From the IMG/VR virus record IMGVR_UViG_3300024270_000002: DNA of 64,000 nucleotides; one strand, written 5' to 3'. Each line of letters starts with the position of its first letter. Position 1 is the stretch's first letter. This DNA is from a virus (lineage: Duplodnaviria; Caudoviricetes). This document shows, piece by piece, positions 36,023 through 46,636 of this stretch. The translations under genes were made by a program, and so were the position numbers. The notes under the pieces are model-generated. The model did no database searches. It had not been told where the DNA came from and worked only from the letters and a program-made list of their open reading frames with translations.

Positions 36023-36835
36023 ATGATTAAATTTAAAGACCAAGTACCTTCTGTCTACTCTAGCGCATCAAGAGATTTCCAATATTTAGGGTGGCTAATA
36101 GACATTGTGCTTAACTCGGTTAAGCACAATGTCGATGACCTATATAATTTACCGAATAGTACTGCAGACACTAGACTGACGGAACTATTAGCAATGACAT
36201 TAGGCTTTAAAGTAAAACGCAATTATGACCAAGATCAATTAAGAGCTTTGGTTGCTATTATTCCTAGAATTCTTAAATATAAAGGAACAAGGACTGCGGT
36301 TGAGATGGCGGGCAGAGCATTGGTAGCTGCATCTGGAACAACTCGGGGAGAGTTTTCTATTGATGAAGATAGAACTAAGGATGGTGAGCTTACCGTTATC
36401 TTACCTGCTGAGCTAGTAGATATTTCTCTGTTCATGGATCTGCTTAATTATATTTTACCTGCTGGCATGACTTGCCATATTATTAGAGAAAATAAAATAA
36501 GTAAAGATGCTGTTACTCATCTAGTATACAACGAAGACCTATTGGCTGAGTGGATTCCAGATCTTGACTGGACGGAAACAAAAAGTGAGCAAAGTGAGCA
36601 AACTGAGCAAACATTTCCTGGTTTGGCTAATATGTTTGATGTACCTGGTATTGACCCTGTTCTTTCTAACTATGTAGATTATAATAAAGACTTGCCGAAT
36701 GTTGGTTTGTTAAATAACAGCGTAATACCGGTGATTTCTGATACTATGTTGCATACAACAGCAGAAAGTACGCCTAAAAAAGATCCAACAACATTGTATG
36801 AACTAGCTGACGATGCTGGAGCCATGGAGGATTAA
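36023..36835 (+). CDS. Baseplate/tail protein (P2 gpI-like)
   Basis: LLAMTLGF...YKGT..AV...ILPAG. Confidence 0.6.
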   Translation: MIKFKDQVPSVYSSASRDFQYLGWLIDIVLNSVKHNVDDLYNLPNSTADTRLTELLAMTLGFKVKRNYDQDQLRALVAIIPRILKYKGTRTAVEMAGRALVAASGTTRGEFSIDEDRTKDGELTVILPAELVDISLFMDLLNYILPAGMTCHIIRENKISKDAVTHLVYNEDLLAEWIPDLDWTETKSEQSEQTEQTFPGLANMFDVPGIDPVLSNYVDYNKDLPNVGLLNNSVIPVISDTMLHTTAESTPKKDPTTLYELADDAGAMED

Positions 36836-36837
36836 TT

Positions 36838-37380
36838 ATGAAGAATAAAGCAATAAATACACTTAAATATACTGGGATAGTCACGCTATCCCAGTATATT
36901 GGAAAAAAGAAAGTTAAAATCGCTCAATTTAACAATACTGGCGGAGCATCTTTATTTGACTTCTTGGCAGACTGTCTTATAGGTGAAGAGCTAGAGACAG
37001 TCCGAATGAAAAGACCGAGAAAAATTATGTTGCTACATCGTATACCGCTTGGAGATAGACCTGAAGACGGGTATAGATATGAACCAGCTTCTGGGTTTAT
37101 TTTTCTGCTAGAGCAACCAAAGAAGATTCAAAGTTCTGTACAAAGTAGAGTACAATATAGCTTTTTAATACATCGAGATATGCTTGAGGCTATAACTGAC
37201 TTTAGCACTCTGGGGTTGGGATTATACGCCAATAGTGCAACCGACATAGATGTAGAGAACTTTACTGCTTTTTGTATGCTAAAGTTTTCTAGAAATGCTA
37301 TAGCTAGTTCTTCTTTAGTTGTAGACTGGGATTTGATTATTAATAACAGTGGAACAAATCCGTCTATTAAAAGTATATAA
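36838..37380 (+). CDS. Putative tail protein
   Basis: Position in the tail operon; C-terminal L.V.W.L. Confidence 0.5.
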   Translation: MKNKAINTLKYTGIVTLSQYIGKKKVKIAQFNNTGGASLFDFLADCLIGEELETVRMKRPRKIMLLHRIPLGDRPEDGYRYEPASGFIFLLEQPKKIQSSVQSRVQYSFLIHRDMLEAITDFSTLGLGLYANSATDIDVENFTAFCMLKFSRNAIASSSLVVDWDLIINNSGTNPSIKSI

Positions 37381-37406
37381 ATAAATAGATTACAAGGAGA
37401 GCTTTT

Positions 37407-39107
37407 ATGTTTATTGAAACGCATGACGAAAACATAACAAATGGTGATGTATCAGTACCCTTAGCCTTTATAAAAAGTACTAACGTTCAGGCCTATCCTT
37501 GCGGGCGCAGACGCAGTGAATTAGCTGCAGGTGGCAGTACCAGAATTCCTTTTGACCCAGAAGCACGTTTAAACACTGAGGCCAATAATAGAAAACATTC
37601 CGGAGTAAACGGTTATAAGCAAACATACCTAAAGAGCTGGGATGATGGATTACTGGCAATTTCACTCGCTGGCTATTTGTTTAACATTACACTGCCGGAT
37701 GGTTATTCTGCAGTTGGTGAGTTTGGAGCACAGTTGACAACTGCGTTGACAACACAGTTGTCAAGTAAAGTAGGTACAGACGCTAGTAAGCTTTATGCTA
37801 ATATCTTAATAGAAGATGCTCATTTATTTTCAGGCTTCCAGGAATACTTTACCGGTGTTTTACGTAACCAGTCTGGTAATCCAGATAACGAACCTGAGGA
37901 TGCACTTGACCTGCTGTCCAGTACTGTAGCTGCAGATGCCACTGATAAAGATAAAAAAGATAAATATTATTTTTCTGGATTATCTTTTTCAACAACACCT
38001 CTAACTGTATTAGCTGGTGACGAAGAAGATACTCGGACTATTTATGAAAAAGTTAGATACTTTGATAGAGACAATAAACAAGAAACTAGGGATGTTAAGC
38101 AAACTTTTGTTTCTTTATGTATCTTAGAGAAATCAGAAGATAGTAACACTTGGAAAATCCACGAGCCTGCTAGACTACCTCTCATTGAGCACGATACCCT
38201 TGAAGATTCTATTGTCGTCGGTGAAACCAGAGTACGCCATAACCTTAGAGTAGAAAAAGACGCTACTATATATAATAAGACTAATACTGCTGACTTAGAA
38301 GTTACTGATGAAGCCGCAGTAAGAACTACTCTTAGCGTACAAAATAATTCTAATAATGCTCAGGCGAACATAGATAGAGCCGATATCGAGTATGCAGATA
38401 TAGCAGATACTTATATAGACATCGCACGAATAGACAATGCTACTATAGACAGTCTTACAGTTCCTTATACTACCGGAGGTGCTACCTCTATTACAGAGGA
38501 TGGAATTGACACACAATATATTGACGCGATTAAGGCTGATGTTGCTGTTCTTAAAGTACAGGGCGAGGGTAGCAGCGCTACAATAGACACCGCTACCATT
38601 ACCACTGAACTACACGTAGAGAATGAGAATAGTAACGCCAAAGCCTATATAGACAGTGCTGACCTGGTGTATGCCGACATAGAAGATGCAGACATAGACG
38701 AAGCAGATATTACTACTCTTAGAGTGCAGGGTGACGGAAGCAGTGCTACGATAGATGTTGCACTTGTAACAAACACATTAACTGCACATAATGATGAAAG
38801 AACTGCATTGGTAGAAACTGATAAAATACAAATTCCTTATGGTACTAGTGCAGGCACATACACAGATATTACTAATACTGGCCTCTCTTCTCCCTTTGCT
38901 AGGATTGCAAAGATAGAAACTACCCCTGATGGAGGCGTTACGCTACAAGGCAATAATGTTACTGCAAAAGGTGAAGTAAAGGCGTCAGATTTCTATCAAA
39001 CAGTAGGTAATGCTTATATGAAAGTTCCTGTTATTGAACTTAAGGACTTAGGTACTGGTTATTATCAGCTGCAGATTTCTCGAGTAGGTCAGAAAGAATC
39101 AACTTAA
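37407..39107 (+). CDS. Tail fibre/spike-like protein with repetitive beta segments
   Basis: ADI/ATID repeats; duplicated VQG(E/D)GSSATID. Confidence 0.55.
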   Translation: MFIETHDENITNGDVSVPLAFIKSTNVQAYPCGRRRSELAAGGSTRIPFDPEARLNTEANNRKHSGVNGYKQTYLKSWDDGLLAISLAGYLFNITLPDGYSAVGEFGAQLTTALTTQLSSKVGTDASKLYANILIEDAHLFSGFQEYFTGVLRNQSGNPDNEPEDALDLLSSTVAADATDKDKKDKYYFSGLSFSTTPLTVLAGDEEDTRTIYEKVRYFDRDNKQETRDVKQTFVSLCILEKSEDSNTWKIHEPARLPLIEHDTLEDSIVVGETRVRHNLRVEKDATIYNKTNTADLEVTDEAAVRTTLSVQNNSNNAQANIDRADIEYADIADTYIDIARIDNATIDSLTVPYTTGGATSITEDGIDTQYIDAIKADVAVLKVQGEGSSATIDTATITTELHVENENSNAKAYIDSADLVYADIEDADIDEADITTLRVQGDGSSATIDVALVTNTLTAHNDERTALVETDKIQIPYGTSAGTYTDITNTGLSSPFARIAKIETTPDGGVTLQGNNVTAKGEVKASDFYQTVGNAYMKVPVIELKDLGTGYYQLQISRVGQKEST

Positions 39108-39164
39108 TAAATTACTAATTTAATAAAAGGCTACAGATTATTAGCTAAATTAAATGATAAAATT

Positions 39165-39878
39165 ATGTTTAAATTTAGTCAAAGGAGCCTTATTTACATG
39201 CCTGGCTGGTTAATAACTGTGTTGAGCGCGACCGGATCTGTCGTACTCACCCTAACTGTCACATTACTTTTTAATAAATTGGTTGCACTACCGAAAGAGA
39301 TTAAAAAGCAGAGGGCTGCAGAAGCAGCGGCTCACGCAGCAAGAGAAGCAGCTCTACAGTCAGAAATAGACACTATTAGACAAGAGGCCAAAGAAAAGGA
39401 AGAAAAACATCGTAAAGATGACCAAGTAAGAGACGCTAGAATCGCAGCACTTCAAGCTGCTGTAGATGCCTTACCTTCATATCGTGCACAGAGTCTTCAA
39501 ATTCAAACACAACTACAAACAACAGATAGAGAAATTCTCAGTGCTTGTGAAGCAATTCAAAGAGGCGTAGCTGATAACCAACACGTTCTAAATGAACGTC
39601 TTGACCGTTTAGAGAAACGTGAGAAGAATGCACTCAGACAAAAGATTTTACAGGAACATCGCTTATTTACAGATGAGTCTATGAATCCCATGAGAGCTTG
39701 GACAGAGATGGAACATCACTCCTTCTTCGAATTAGTAAAAGACTACGAAGATCTCGGCGGCAACGATTATGTGCATAGTGATGTTCTTCCTGATATGAAT
39801 AGGCTTCGAGTTATCCCTATGTCGGATAGAACCACTTTGTATGAATTAATGCACAGTAGAAGAATTAACGCACAGTAA
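39165..39878 (+). CDS. Holin-like/lysis-associated membrane-anchored protein (likely start 39198)
   Basis: N-terminal TM, coiled coil, YEDLGGN motif; late motif upstream. Confidence 0.45.
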   Translation: MFKFSQRSLIYMPGWLITVLSATGSVVLTLTVTLLFNKLVALPKEIKKQRAAEAAAHAAREAALQSEIDTIRQEAKEKEEKHRKDDQVRDARIAALQAAVDALPSYRAQSLQIQTQLQTTDREILSACEAIQRGVADNQHVLNERLDRLEKREKNALRQKILQEHRLFTDESMNPMRAWTEMEHHSFFELVKDYEDLGGNDYVHSDVLPDMNRLRVIPMSDRTTLYELMHSRRINAQ

Positions 39879-39992
39879 AAATTATACTAAATAAATTAAT
39901 AAGGTCTGTCAATAGATGGGCCTTATTTTTTTCTTAAATTTTGAAAAGAGATATTGTATAATATAAAGTAAGATAATACAAGGAGTAAAATA

Positions 39993-42047
39993 ATGTCAAA
40001 ACAATACACTTCTGATAATATTAAAGTTTTAAATGATATTGAACACATACAGCTTCGTTCTGGAATGTATATCGGAGAAGCAAATGACCCGAGGTCGCTT
40101 TTCTCAGAAATGTTTGATAATGCTATGGACGAAGTTTCTGCCGGGCACTCTACTGAGCTTATTGCCGAAATAGACACTAAAGAAAATCGATATACGGTCC
40201 ATGACTTTGGGAGAGGCATTCCACATGGCTTAAAAAAGCTAGACAATGGTGAAGAAAAAGAAGTAGTTGAAGTTCTTATGACTATCGCCAACTCAGGCGG
40301 TAAGTTTGATAACAATTCTTACAATTACTCTGCAGGTCTGAACGGTGTTGGTATGACTGTTACAAACGCACTTTCTGATACATTTACAATCAGGACTAGA
40401 CGTGGCGGTAAGTATGTTGAAGCAACTACTCACGGGTCTGCGGATGTCGAGTTAGACAGAGGAAAAACTCAAGAGCATTCCGGAACCTCTGCATCTTTTA
40501 TTCCTAACAAAAAGTATTTTCATTCCGTAAAAATTCCTCATGATTTTATAGTTAACCGCTGCAGAATTGCGTCTGCCCTCGGCTTCAGAGCACGCTGTAT
40601 TATCGATAGCGAGGAACAAGATACTAACTGTACAATTTTTGACTTGATCAAAGAGGAAGATTCTAAGATTGCAACTTATGTAGATATTCCTACTATTGAA
40701 GTTCAGAATGAGGCTGGTGAGTCAATGAAGGTAGCACTGCGTTATACTTCAGACACCAAAGATAGATACTTTGGTTATACTAATCTTCTTTCTAATTACC
40801 TCGGTGGTACACATATTCAGTGTTTATCTAAAACTGTTACCAATACTTGGGAAGCTTTGATTACTAAGTATAAAAATTTGAAGCCTACAGTTGACCTTAA
40901 GCCCTCTGACTATCTTGTTGGCCTACGCGGTATTTGTGCAGTATTTATTTCACATCCAGAGTTCTCTTCGCAGACAAAGGAGAAATTGGTAGTTAATAGA
41001 GCTTATTTTGATAGCCTTATGGAAGCTTTCAGTAAGAGCCTTACAAAATACCTTACTACTAACATAGAGGTCGCACAGCAGCTTTTAAAGCGCTTTGAGG
41101 AGTATCGTATCGCGCAGAATGCTTTGCTTTCGCATAAAGAGCTTTCTTCATTAATTAAAATTAACGAGGACTCTGGCGATAATATCAGGCGCCGTTCGGT
41201 TGTTTCTAAGCTAGTTGAGTGTACTTCACGAAAGCGTGACGATACTGAGCTATTTATTGTTGAAGGTGACTCTGCTATGGGTCCATACCTGTATGTAAGA
41301 GATAAAGCAACTCAGGCAGTGCTCCCTATTAGAGGCAAGATTTTGAATACCACTTATAAAGATCTTAAGGAAGTAATTCAAAATAAAGAAATTTGTGATA
41401 TTGCCAATAGTATCGGCTGCGGTATTGGAGCTCAGTGTGATGCTTCTAAATCTCGCTATGAAAGAGTAATTATCTCTGCCGATGCTGACCCTGATGGACT
41501 TCAGATTAACTGTCTTGTTCTTGCTGTGTTTATTAATCTATTTCCTGATATGGTAAAGCAGGGAAGAGTTTATGTATCACTTCCGCCTCTTTATTGTTGG
41601 GGCAAGTCTGCCAAGGATTACGGCTGGTGTAATAAGGTAGAGGATATTCCCGCTACTGCAAAAGATGTTCACCGCTTCAAAGGTCTTGGTGAAATGAACG
41701 ACGACCAGCTTTACTACTTCCTTGTAGATAAGAATACCAGAAACGTGCTTCAGATTGAATACCCATCTGATATTGATGAGTTTAATAAAATTTTAGGCAC
41801 CTCTGAAGGCAAGGGCAACTTGCTTAAGGACCTTGGAATTATTCTAAATTCTGAGTCTAAGGTATTCACAAATCCTGAGCCTATTGTTAAACCTACTAAA
41901 AAGGATGAGGAGCCTGTAGCAGAAGTTAAGACTATTGAAAAGAAAACTACTAAGAAAAGCTCTACAAAAAAGATTGCTATTGTTGGAGATGGTAAGCCCA
42001 CCTCGACAATGGTAGCATCAAATCTTTTTGCGGGGTTGTTTGACTAA
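39993..42047 (+). CDS. Type IIA topoisomerase subunit B (GyrB/ParE-like)
   Basis: EMFDNAMDE, DFGRGIP, GLNGVG, EGDSA, PIRGKILN, DADPDG, RFKGLGEM. Confidence 0.92.
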   Translation: MSKQYTSDNIKVLNDIEHIQLRSGMYIGEANDPRSLFSEMFDNAMDEVSAGHSTELIAEIDTKENRYTVHDFGRGIPHGLKKLDNGEEKEVVEVLMTIANSGGKFDNNSYNYSAGLNGVGMTVTNALSDTFTIRTRRGGKYVEATTHGSADVELDRGKTQEHSGTSASFIPNKKYFHSVKIPHDFIVNRCRIASALGFRARCIIDSEEQDTNCTIFDLIKEEDSKIATYVDIPTIEVQNEAGESMKVALRYTSDTKDRYFGYTNLLSNYLGGTHIQCLSKTVTNTWEALITKYKNLKPTVDLKPSDYLVGLRGICAVFISHPEFSSQTKEKLVVNRAYFDSLMEAFSKSLTKYLTTNIEVAQQLLKRFEEYRIAQNALLSHKELSSLIKINEDSGDNIRRRSVVSKLVECTSRKRDDTELFIVEGDSAMGPYLYVRDKATQAVLPIRGKILNTTYKDLKEVIQNKEICDIANSIGCGIGAQCDASKSRYERVIISADADPDGLQINCLVLAVFINLFPDMVKQGRVYVSLPPLYCWGKSAKDYGWCNKVEDIPATAKDVHRFKGLGEMNDDQLYYFLVDKNTRNVLQIEYPSDIDEFNKILGTSEGKGNLLKDLGIILNSESKVFTNPEPIVKPTKKDEEPVAEVKTIEKKTTKKSSTKKIAIVGDGKPTSTMVASNLFAGLFD

Positions 42048-42056
42048 GGAGGAAAA

Positions 42057-43439
42057 ATGAGTATAGCTATTCCTGTAAAAGATGCTCTTGAACTTGCATC
42101 TGAAAACTATAAAGAATATAGTATCTATGTCGCTGCCGGTAGAGCTTACGGATCCGTAATTGACGGAGCTAAGAGTGTACAAAAGAGAGTTATTTATTCT
42201 CTTTATAAAAAGGCACCGAGATCAATTATCAAGGTTGCAGAAGCTGCTGGTTATTGCCTTGATATGCATCCACACCCTACGGCTGTTCCTGAGGTTATTG
42301 TATCTCTCGGAGATAATAGTAATAAGTTTAATTTCTTAGATAAGCAGGGAAACTTTGGTAATCGTATTAAGAACATTGAAGCTTCCGCACCTCGTTATAT
42401 CGGCTGTAGACTCTCAGACCTTGCTATCGACCTTACCTGCGACGGAATTGAGTATTGCCCCACTATGACTGGTGAACTAGATAAACCTGAGCCTATTGCC
42501 CTACCTACACTACTTCCTTTATGTTTCTTAAACTCTATGTCAGGTATCCCCGCAGGTCTTCCTAAGCTCAATATTCCAAGTCTTGATATTGAGGGTATGT
42601 TTGACTACTATCTTGATATTCTTAAACATAAAGACCTTAATTGGGTACCTAAGAAGCTGCCTATTCCTAACGTTGGTGTGTCAATCTTGTCTGATAAAAA
42701 AGAGTGGGAAGAGGTTCTTAAGACCGGAAAAGGCTCTATCAGGCTTGCGCCTGAAATGACCATTGACAAAAACGGCACTATTACTATTACTGCAATGCCT
42801 GCATCTAAGACTGCTGAGCATGTAAGAAAGATTATAGAAAAAGAAATCTTACTTGATAAAGTAGATATGCGAGACGAGTCTACTTATGATACTCGCATTG
42901 TAGTTGAGAAGGTCTTTAAGAAGCAGTGCGACATGCAGGAGCTCTATGATAGACTTTATAAAAAGCTGCAGACTTCTGAAACTTATAATCTTGCTTTCTT
43001 TGACCAGGACCATATTTATGTACCTTGTAGTTTTGACCTTGTGGTAAAGTCTAATCTTAATTACCTTATTGAAACTCATACTAACAGGCTTACTCACCAG
43101 ATTCAGGATAATAAAGAAAAGCTCGAAGTACTTCAAATTATCGAAAAGCTTAAGAAAACAAATAATTGGAAGGCTATCTTTGATCTCACGTATGATGATG
43201 CTTGCAATTTCTTAGTAAGCACTTTTAAGTGTTCTAATGATACAGCTCAGGCAGTTTTGAGAAAGCCTATTTCTTACCTGACTAAAGAGCATCAGCAAGA
43301 AATTACAGACCTTCAAAATATTATCAATGAACTCGAAAATGACCAGTCTGATATTTTTGAAATGCTTACTAAGAAGTATAAAGCCGTAAAACAAAAAGTT
43401 CTTAAAGAAATTACTCCCAACACAACAAAATTTATTTAA
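42057..43439 (+). CDS. Type IIA topoisomerase subunit A (short, no C-terminal pinwheel)
   Basis: DGAKSVQKR, HPH, GNFG, SAPRY (catalytic Tyr). Confidence 0.85.
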   Translation: MSIAIPVKDALELASENYKEYSIYVAAGRAYGSVIDGAKSVQKRVIYSLYKKAPRSIIKVAEAAGYCLDMHPHPTAVPEVIVSLGDNSNKFNFLDKQGNFGNRIKNIEASAPRYIGCRLSDLAIDLTCDGIEYCPTMTGELDKPEPIALPTLLPLCFLNSMSGIPAGLPKLNIPSLDIEGMFDYYLDILKHKDLNWVPKKLPIPNVGVSILSDKKEWEEVLKTGKGSIRLAPEMTIDKNGTITITAMPASKTAEHVRKIIEKEILLDKVDMRDESTYDTRIVVEKVFKKQCDMQELYDRLYKKLQTSETYNLAFFDQDHIYVPCSFDLVVKSNLNYLIETHTNRLTHQIQDNKEKLEVLQIIEKLKKTNNWKAIFDLTYDDACNFLVSTFKCSNDTAQAVLRKPISYLTKEHQQEITDLQNIINELENDQSDIFEMLTKKYKAVKQKVLKEITPNTTKFI

Positions 43440-43510
43440 AATTTGCTAAATTAATCAGGTATAAGTCGTATTATATTATACCTGATTAAATTTTTAAGGA
43501 GTTTATACAA

Positions 43511-44422
43511 ATGATTACTGAAGCAATTTCTCTCGAATCTGATCTTCTTCTTAAGCTTAAGCCGCTCTCTGAGGTAGAGATTTTCGAGTTTATGAAGAAT
43601 CTTCGTGGCGGTACATATTTTAATATGGGAATGTATAGTTCTATTCCTGTTTCGAGAGCCTATAAGAGCACTATCAGAATTTATAAAGTTATTGATCTTA
43701 CTGCTATCGTAAGCGGTGTAAGCTATGAGAACGTTGGTACTACTAAGGAGTTTAGAGACCGTACTGGCGAAGCTCCCGGAAAGTCTTGGTATGACCATAC
43801 TCCTGGCTTTGAAAATAAGGTAGGTCAGAAGAAGAGCAATCCCGATGATAAGTACGTACTTTGGGACGTTAAGCGCGGAACAGGTACCTGTGTAAGATAT
43901 TACGTAGTTGATATTGATACAGGAGCAGTAACTCCTATTTCTCAAGCAGCGCTTGAGTCTTCTACATATCTTACTGAAACTGAAAAGGCCAAGATGAGAC
44001 CTAAGCCTGTTGTTGGTATTGATCTTAATACTGGCGAGGCGGTTGAGAACAAGACTGTTTGGAGAACTGCCAAGTTTGAACATATTTTCTGGCTTAATCA
44101 GGCAGGTAAGGCAACTCAGGAGTATGGAGTAAGATTTGAGGAAGACCTCGGACTTACTGAGGATGTTAGCTCTGATATTTTTATGGATGCTCATGCTAAC
44201 GTAAGAACAGACCTTGATGCTATTCTTTCCGGCGAGGTTGTTGAGTCTGTAGAAGAGCCTCTGGATGAAGAAGCTGGCTTCTTTATAGATGCTCACGCAG
44301 GGGTTGAGACAAAGCTTGATGATATTCTTTCTGGTGAAGAAGAGCTGAAAGAATCGTATAGACGTACAGTATCTCGTGGTAAGTCTTTAGTAGATAACGA
44401 ACTTTTCGTTGATTTTGAATAA
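43511..44422 (+). CDS. Putative virion-internal protein with duplicated acidic C-terminal repeat
   Basis: Late motif upstream; F(M/I)DAHA.V.T.LD.ILSGE occurs twice. Confidence 0.55.
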   Translation: MITEAISLESDLLLKLKPLSEVEIFEFMKNLRGGTYFNMGMYSSIPVSRAYKSTIRIYKVIDLTAIVSGVSYENVGTTKEFRDRTGEAPGKSWYDHTPGFENKVGQKKSNPDDKYVLWDVKRGTGTCVRYYVVDIDTGAVTPISQAALESSTYLTETEKAKMRPKPVVGIDLNTGEAVENKTVWRTAKFEHIFWLNQAGKATQEYGVRFEEDLGLTEDVSSDIFMDAHANVRTDLDAILSGEVVESVEEPLDEEAGFFIDAHAGVETKLDDILSGEEELKESYRRTVSRGKSLVDNELFVDFE

Positions 44423-44439
44423 TGCTAAATAAAACTTAA

Positions 44440-44478
44440 TAAGGACAGGTTTATTTTAGCCTGTCCTTTATTTTTTTA
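44440..44478 (+). terminator. Rho-independent terminator
   Basis: AAGGACAGGTT..AGCCTGTCCTT followed by a T run. Confidence 0.6.
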
Positions 44479-44482
44479 AGGA

Positions 44483-45271
44483 GTGATACTTATGACAATT
44501 AAAATTGGACACGCACGGTTAGACGAAAATAATGAAGCAAGAGATGGTAATGCAGGCGATCAAACCGGTCGAGAAATAGTAATACAGGATTGGTATAATA
44601 GGACAGACGGTTGGACGACCGTCTTCCGAGCCAAAGATAATAAGATTGCAGAAAAGATTGCAAAAGCTATGGAACAGGCTTGTGCTAATAATAACATTGG
44701 GTATGACCAAGGACAAAGAACAACTTTGTATGAAAAAGCAAGCATATTAAAATGGGATCTTTCTAAAGTTAAAGATAAATGTGAGTGTGATTGCTCTTCC
44801 TTGGTGGCTGTATGTGTTAATGCTGCCGGAATTAAAATAAGTAAAAATATGTATACAGGTAATCAAAAAGCTGTCTTGTCTGCCACAGGAAAATTTGAAG
44901 TACTAACAGATTCGAAATACTTGACGAAAGCTAATTACTTAAAACGCGGTGATATTCTTTTATGTCAAGGCCATACTGCAATAGTAGTATCTAATAATAA
45001 AAATATTACTGAAGATAGTACAGAAGCGGCTAAGAACTTTAGTAAAGCTTTGTCAGGCACATATAAGGTTATAGCAACAAAATTAAATGTAAGACATGGG
45101 GCAGGAACTACTAAAAAGGTTATAACTACAATTCCAAAAGAAACTGAAATAAGATGTTATGGTTACTATACTAAAGTATTAAATACTACTTGGCTTTATG
45201 TACAGTTTACTTATAACAGCAAAAAATACACTGGCTTCGTATCAATTAAATATCTTACAAAAATAGTTTAA
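44483..45271 (+). CDS. Endolysin: NlpC/P60-CHAP-like peptidase plus SH3b domain
   Basis: IGYDQ, CDCSSLV, GDIL..GHT; LNVRHGAG...W. Confidence 0.75.
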   Translation: MILMTIKIGHARLDENNEARDGNAGDQTGREIVIQDWYNRTDGWTTVFRAKDNKIAEKIAKAMEQACANNNIGYDQGQRTTLYEKASILKWDLSKVKDKCECDCSSLVAVCVNAAGIKISKNMYTGNQKAVLSATGKFEVLTDSKYLTKANYLKRGDILLCQGHTAIVVSNNKNITEDSTEAAKNFSKALSGTYKVIATKLNVRHGAGTTKKVITTIPKETEIRCYGYYTKVLNTTWLYVQFTYNSKKYTGFVSIKYLTKIV

Positions 45272-45350
45272 ATTAGTAAAAGACGATCATTAAATATAGT
45301 CGTCTTTTATTGTATTATATAATAAAATATTTTTATCTAGGAGTTTATAA

Positions 45351-45749
45351 ATGGTAAAACTTGATGAGAAAGATTTATATCAGCTTTTAATTGCTGAGTT
45401 CCGCTATGCGGTAAGACGAGATAATCATCTTGCTCCTGATACTTGTGTACAGCATACTAAAGATTATCTGCCTGATATGTCTAAACAGTGGAGAGCACAT
45501 ACAGCAAAGCAGCTTTCTGAAGAAATTATCCAAGAACGAATTTGGTCACATGGTACAAAACCTAGACTTAACTATGACGCAGACTGGGAAAAATTACAAG
45601 TCTTTTTACTTGATTACTTAGAGCAACTCCCCTATAATGCAGATAGATATATGCAATATATTTTTAATAAACCTACTTGGGAAGCTTATATTGACTACTT
45701 CTCAGTAGAAATTCATAATAAGATTGCTGAAAATATTGCTAAGAAATAA
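45351..45749 (+). CDS. Hypothetical protein
   Basis: Promoter plus SD. Confidence 0.6.
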   Translation: MVKLDEKDLYQLLIAEFRYAVRRDNHLAPDTCVQHTKDYLPDMSKQWRAHTAKQLSEEIIQERIWSHGTKPRLNYDADWEKLQVFLLDYLEQLPYNADRYMQYIFNKPTWEAYIDYFSVEIHNKIAENIAKK

Positions 45750-45790
45750 TGTATTATATAATATAAATTTTAACTAAGGAGAATTATTAA

Positions 45791-46636
45791 ATGAAAGCTT
45801 ATTTAGATTACTTGCAGTATGTACTTGATAATGGTGTTATGACTGCAAATCGCACTGGTGTAAATACTTTGGCCTGTTCTGGCTATATGCTTAAGCATGA
45901 CATGAAAGACGGATTTCCGCTTCTGACTACTAAGAAAATGGGTATTAAAAATATTGCCTCTGAGCTTGAGATGTTTATTAAGGGAATTACTGATAAGCAG
46001 TGGCTTCTCGACCGAGGCAATAAGATCTGGGCAGAGTGGTGTAATCCTCAGAAGGTGCCTTACGGTCATGATGAAGAGACAAAAGCCAAAATGATGGCTG
46101 AACGAGATTTAGGGCCCATCTATGGAAAACAGTGGGTATGCTTTAATGGAGATAGCGAAAAAGGAAACCAGTTGAAAACCGCTATCGAAACTATTAAGAA
46201 AGATCCTACCTGTCGCAGATTAGTGGTATCTGCATGGAATCCTCTTCAGATGGATCAGATGGCATTGCCGCCTTGTCACGTACTTTTTGAGCTGCTTTGC
46301 TATCCTGAACAGGGAACTATTGACATCTTGTGGTTTCAGAGAAGTTGTGATAGCTTTCTCGGAGTACCTTATGATCTCGCTTCCTATGCTTTGCTACTGA
46401 CGCTTATTTGTAAAGAAACTGGATACACTCCTGGCTGTGTTTATGGAATGCTTGGCTCATGCCATATTTATGAAAATCATCTTGATGTCGTAAAAGAGCA
46501 ACTTAGCAGACCTACTCATAAGCTTCCTACAATTGAAATTGAGAATTGGAAGAATATTTGGGAATGGGAATATACAGATGTAAAGCTACTTAATTATGAA
46601 AGTGAAGATCGTCTCATCGGAGCTATTGCAGTATGA
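45791..46636 (+). CDS. thyA: Thymidylate synthase
   Basis: NRTG, GFPLLTTKK, LGPIYG.QW, MALPPCH, QRSCD, HIYENH. Confidence 0.95.
   Translation: MKAYLDYLQYVLDNGVMTANRTGVNTLACSGYMLKHDMKDGFPLLTTKKMGIKNIASELEMFIKGITDKQWLLDRGNKIWAEWCNPQKVPYGHDEETKAKMMAERDLGPIYGKQWVCFNGDSEKGNQLKTAIETIKKDPTCRRLVVSAWNPLQMDQMALPPCHVLFELLCYPEQGTIDILWFQRSCDSFLGVPYDLASYALLLTLICKETGYTPGCVYGMLGSCHIYENHLDVVKEQLSRPTHKLPTIEIENWKNIWEWEYTDVKLLNYESEDRLIGAIAV

Noticed and set aside
36580-36612. Short tandem repeat (SEQ-SEQ-TEQ); also TQTVP repeats in the SSB tail
   Set aside because: Ordinary low-complexity linker expansions.
43451-44296. 281-aa minus-strand ORF and other minus-strand ORFs across the window
   Set aside because: All lie antisense to well-supported + strand genes and lack motifs or promoters.
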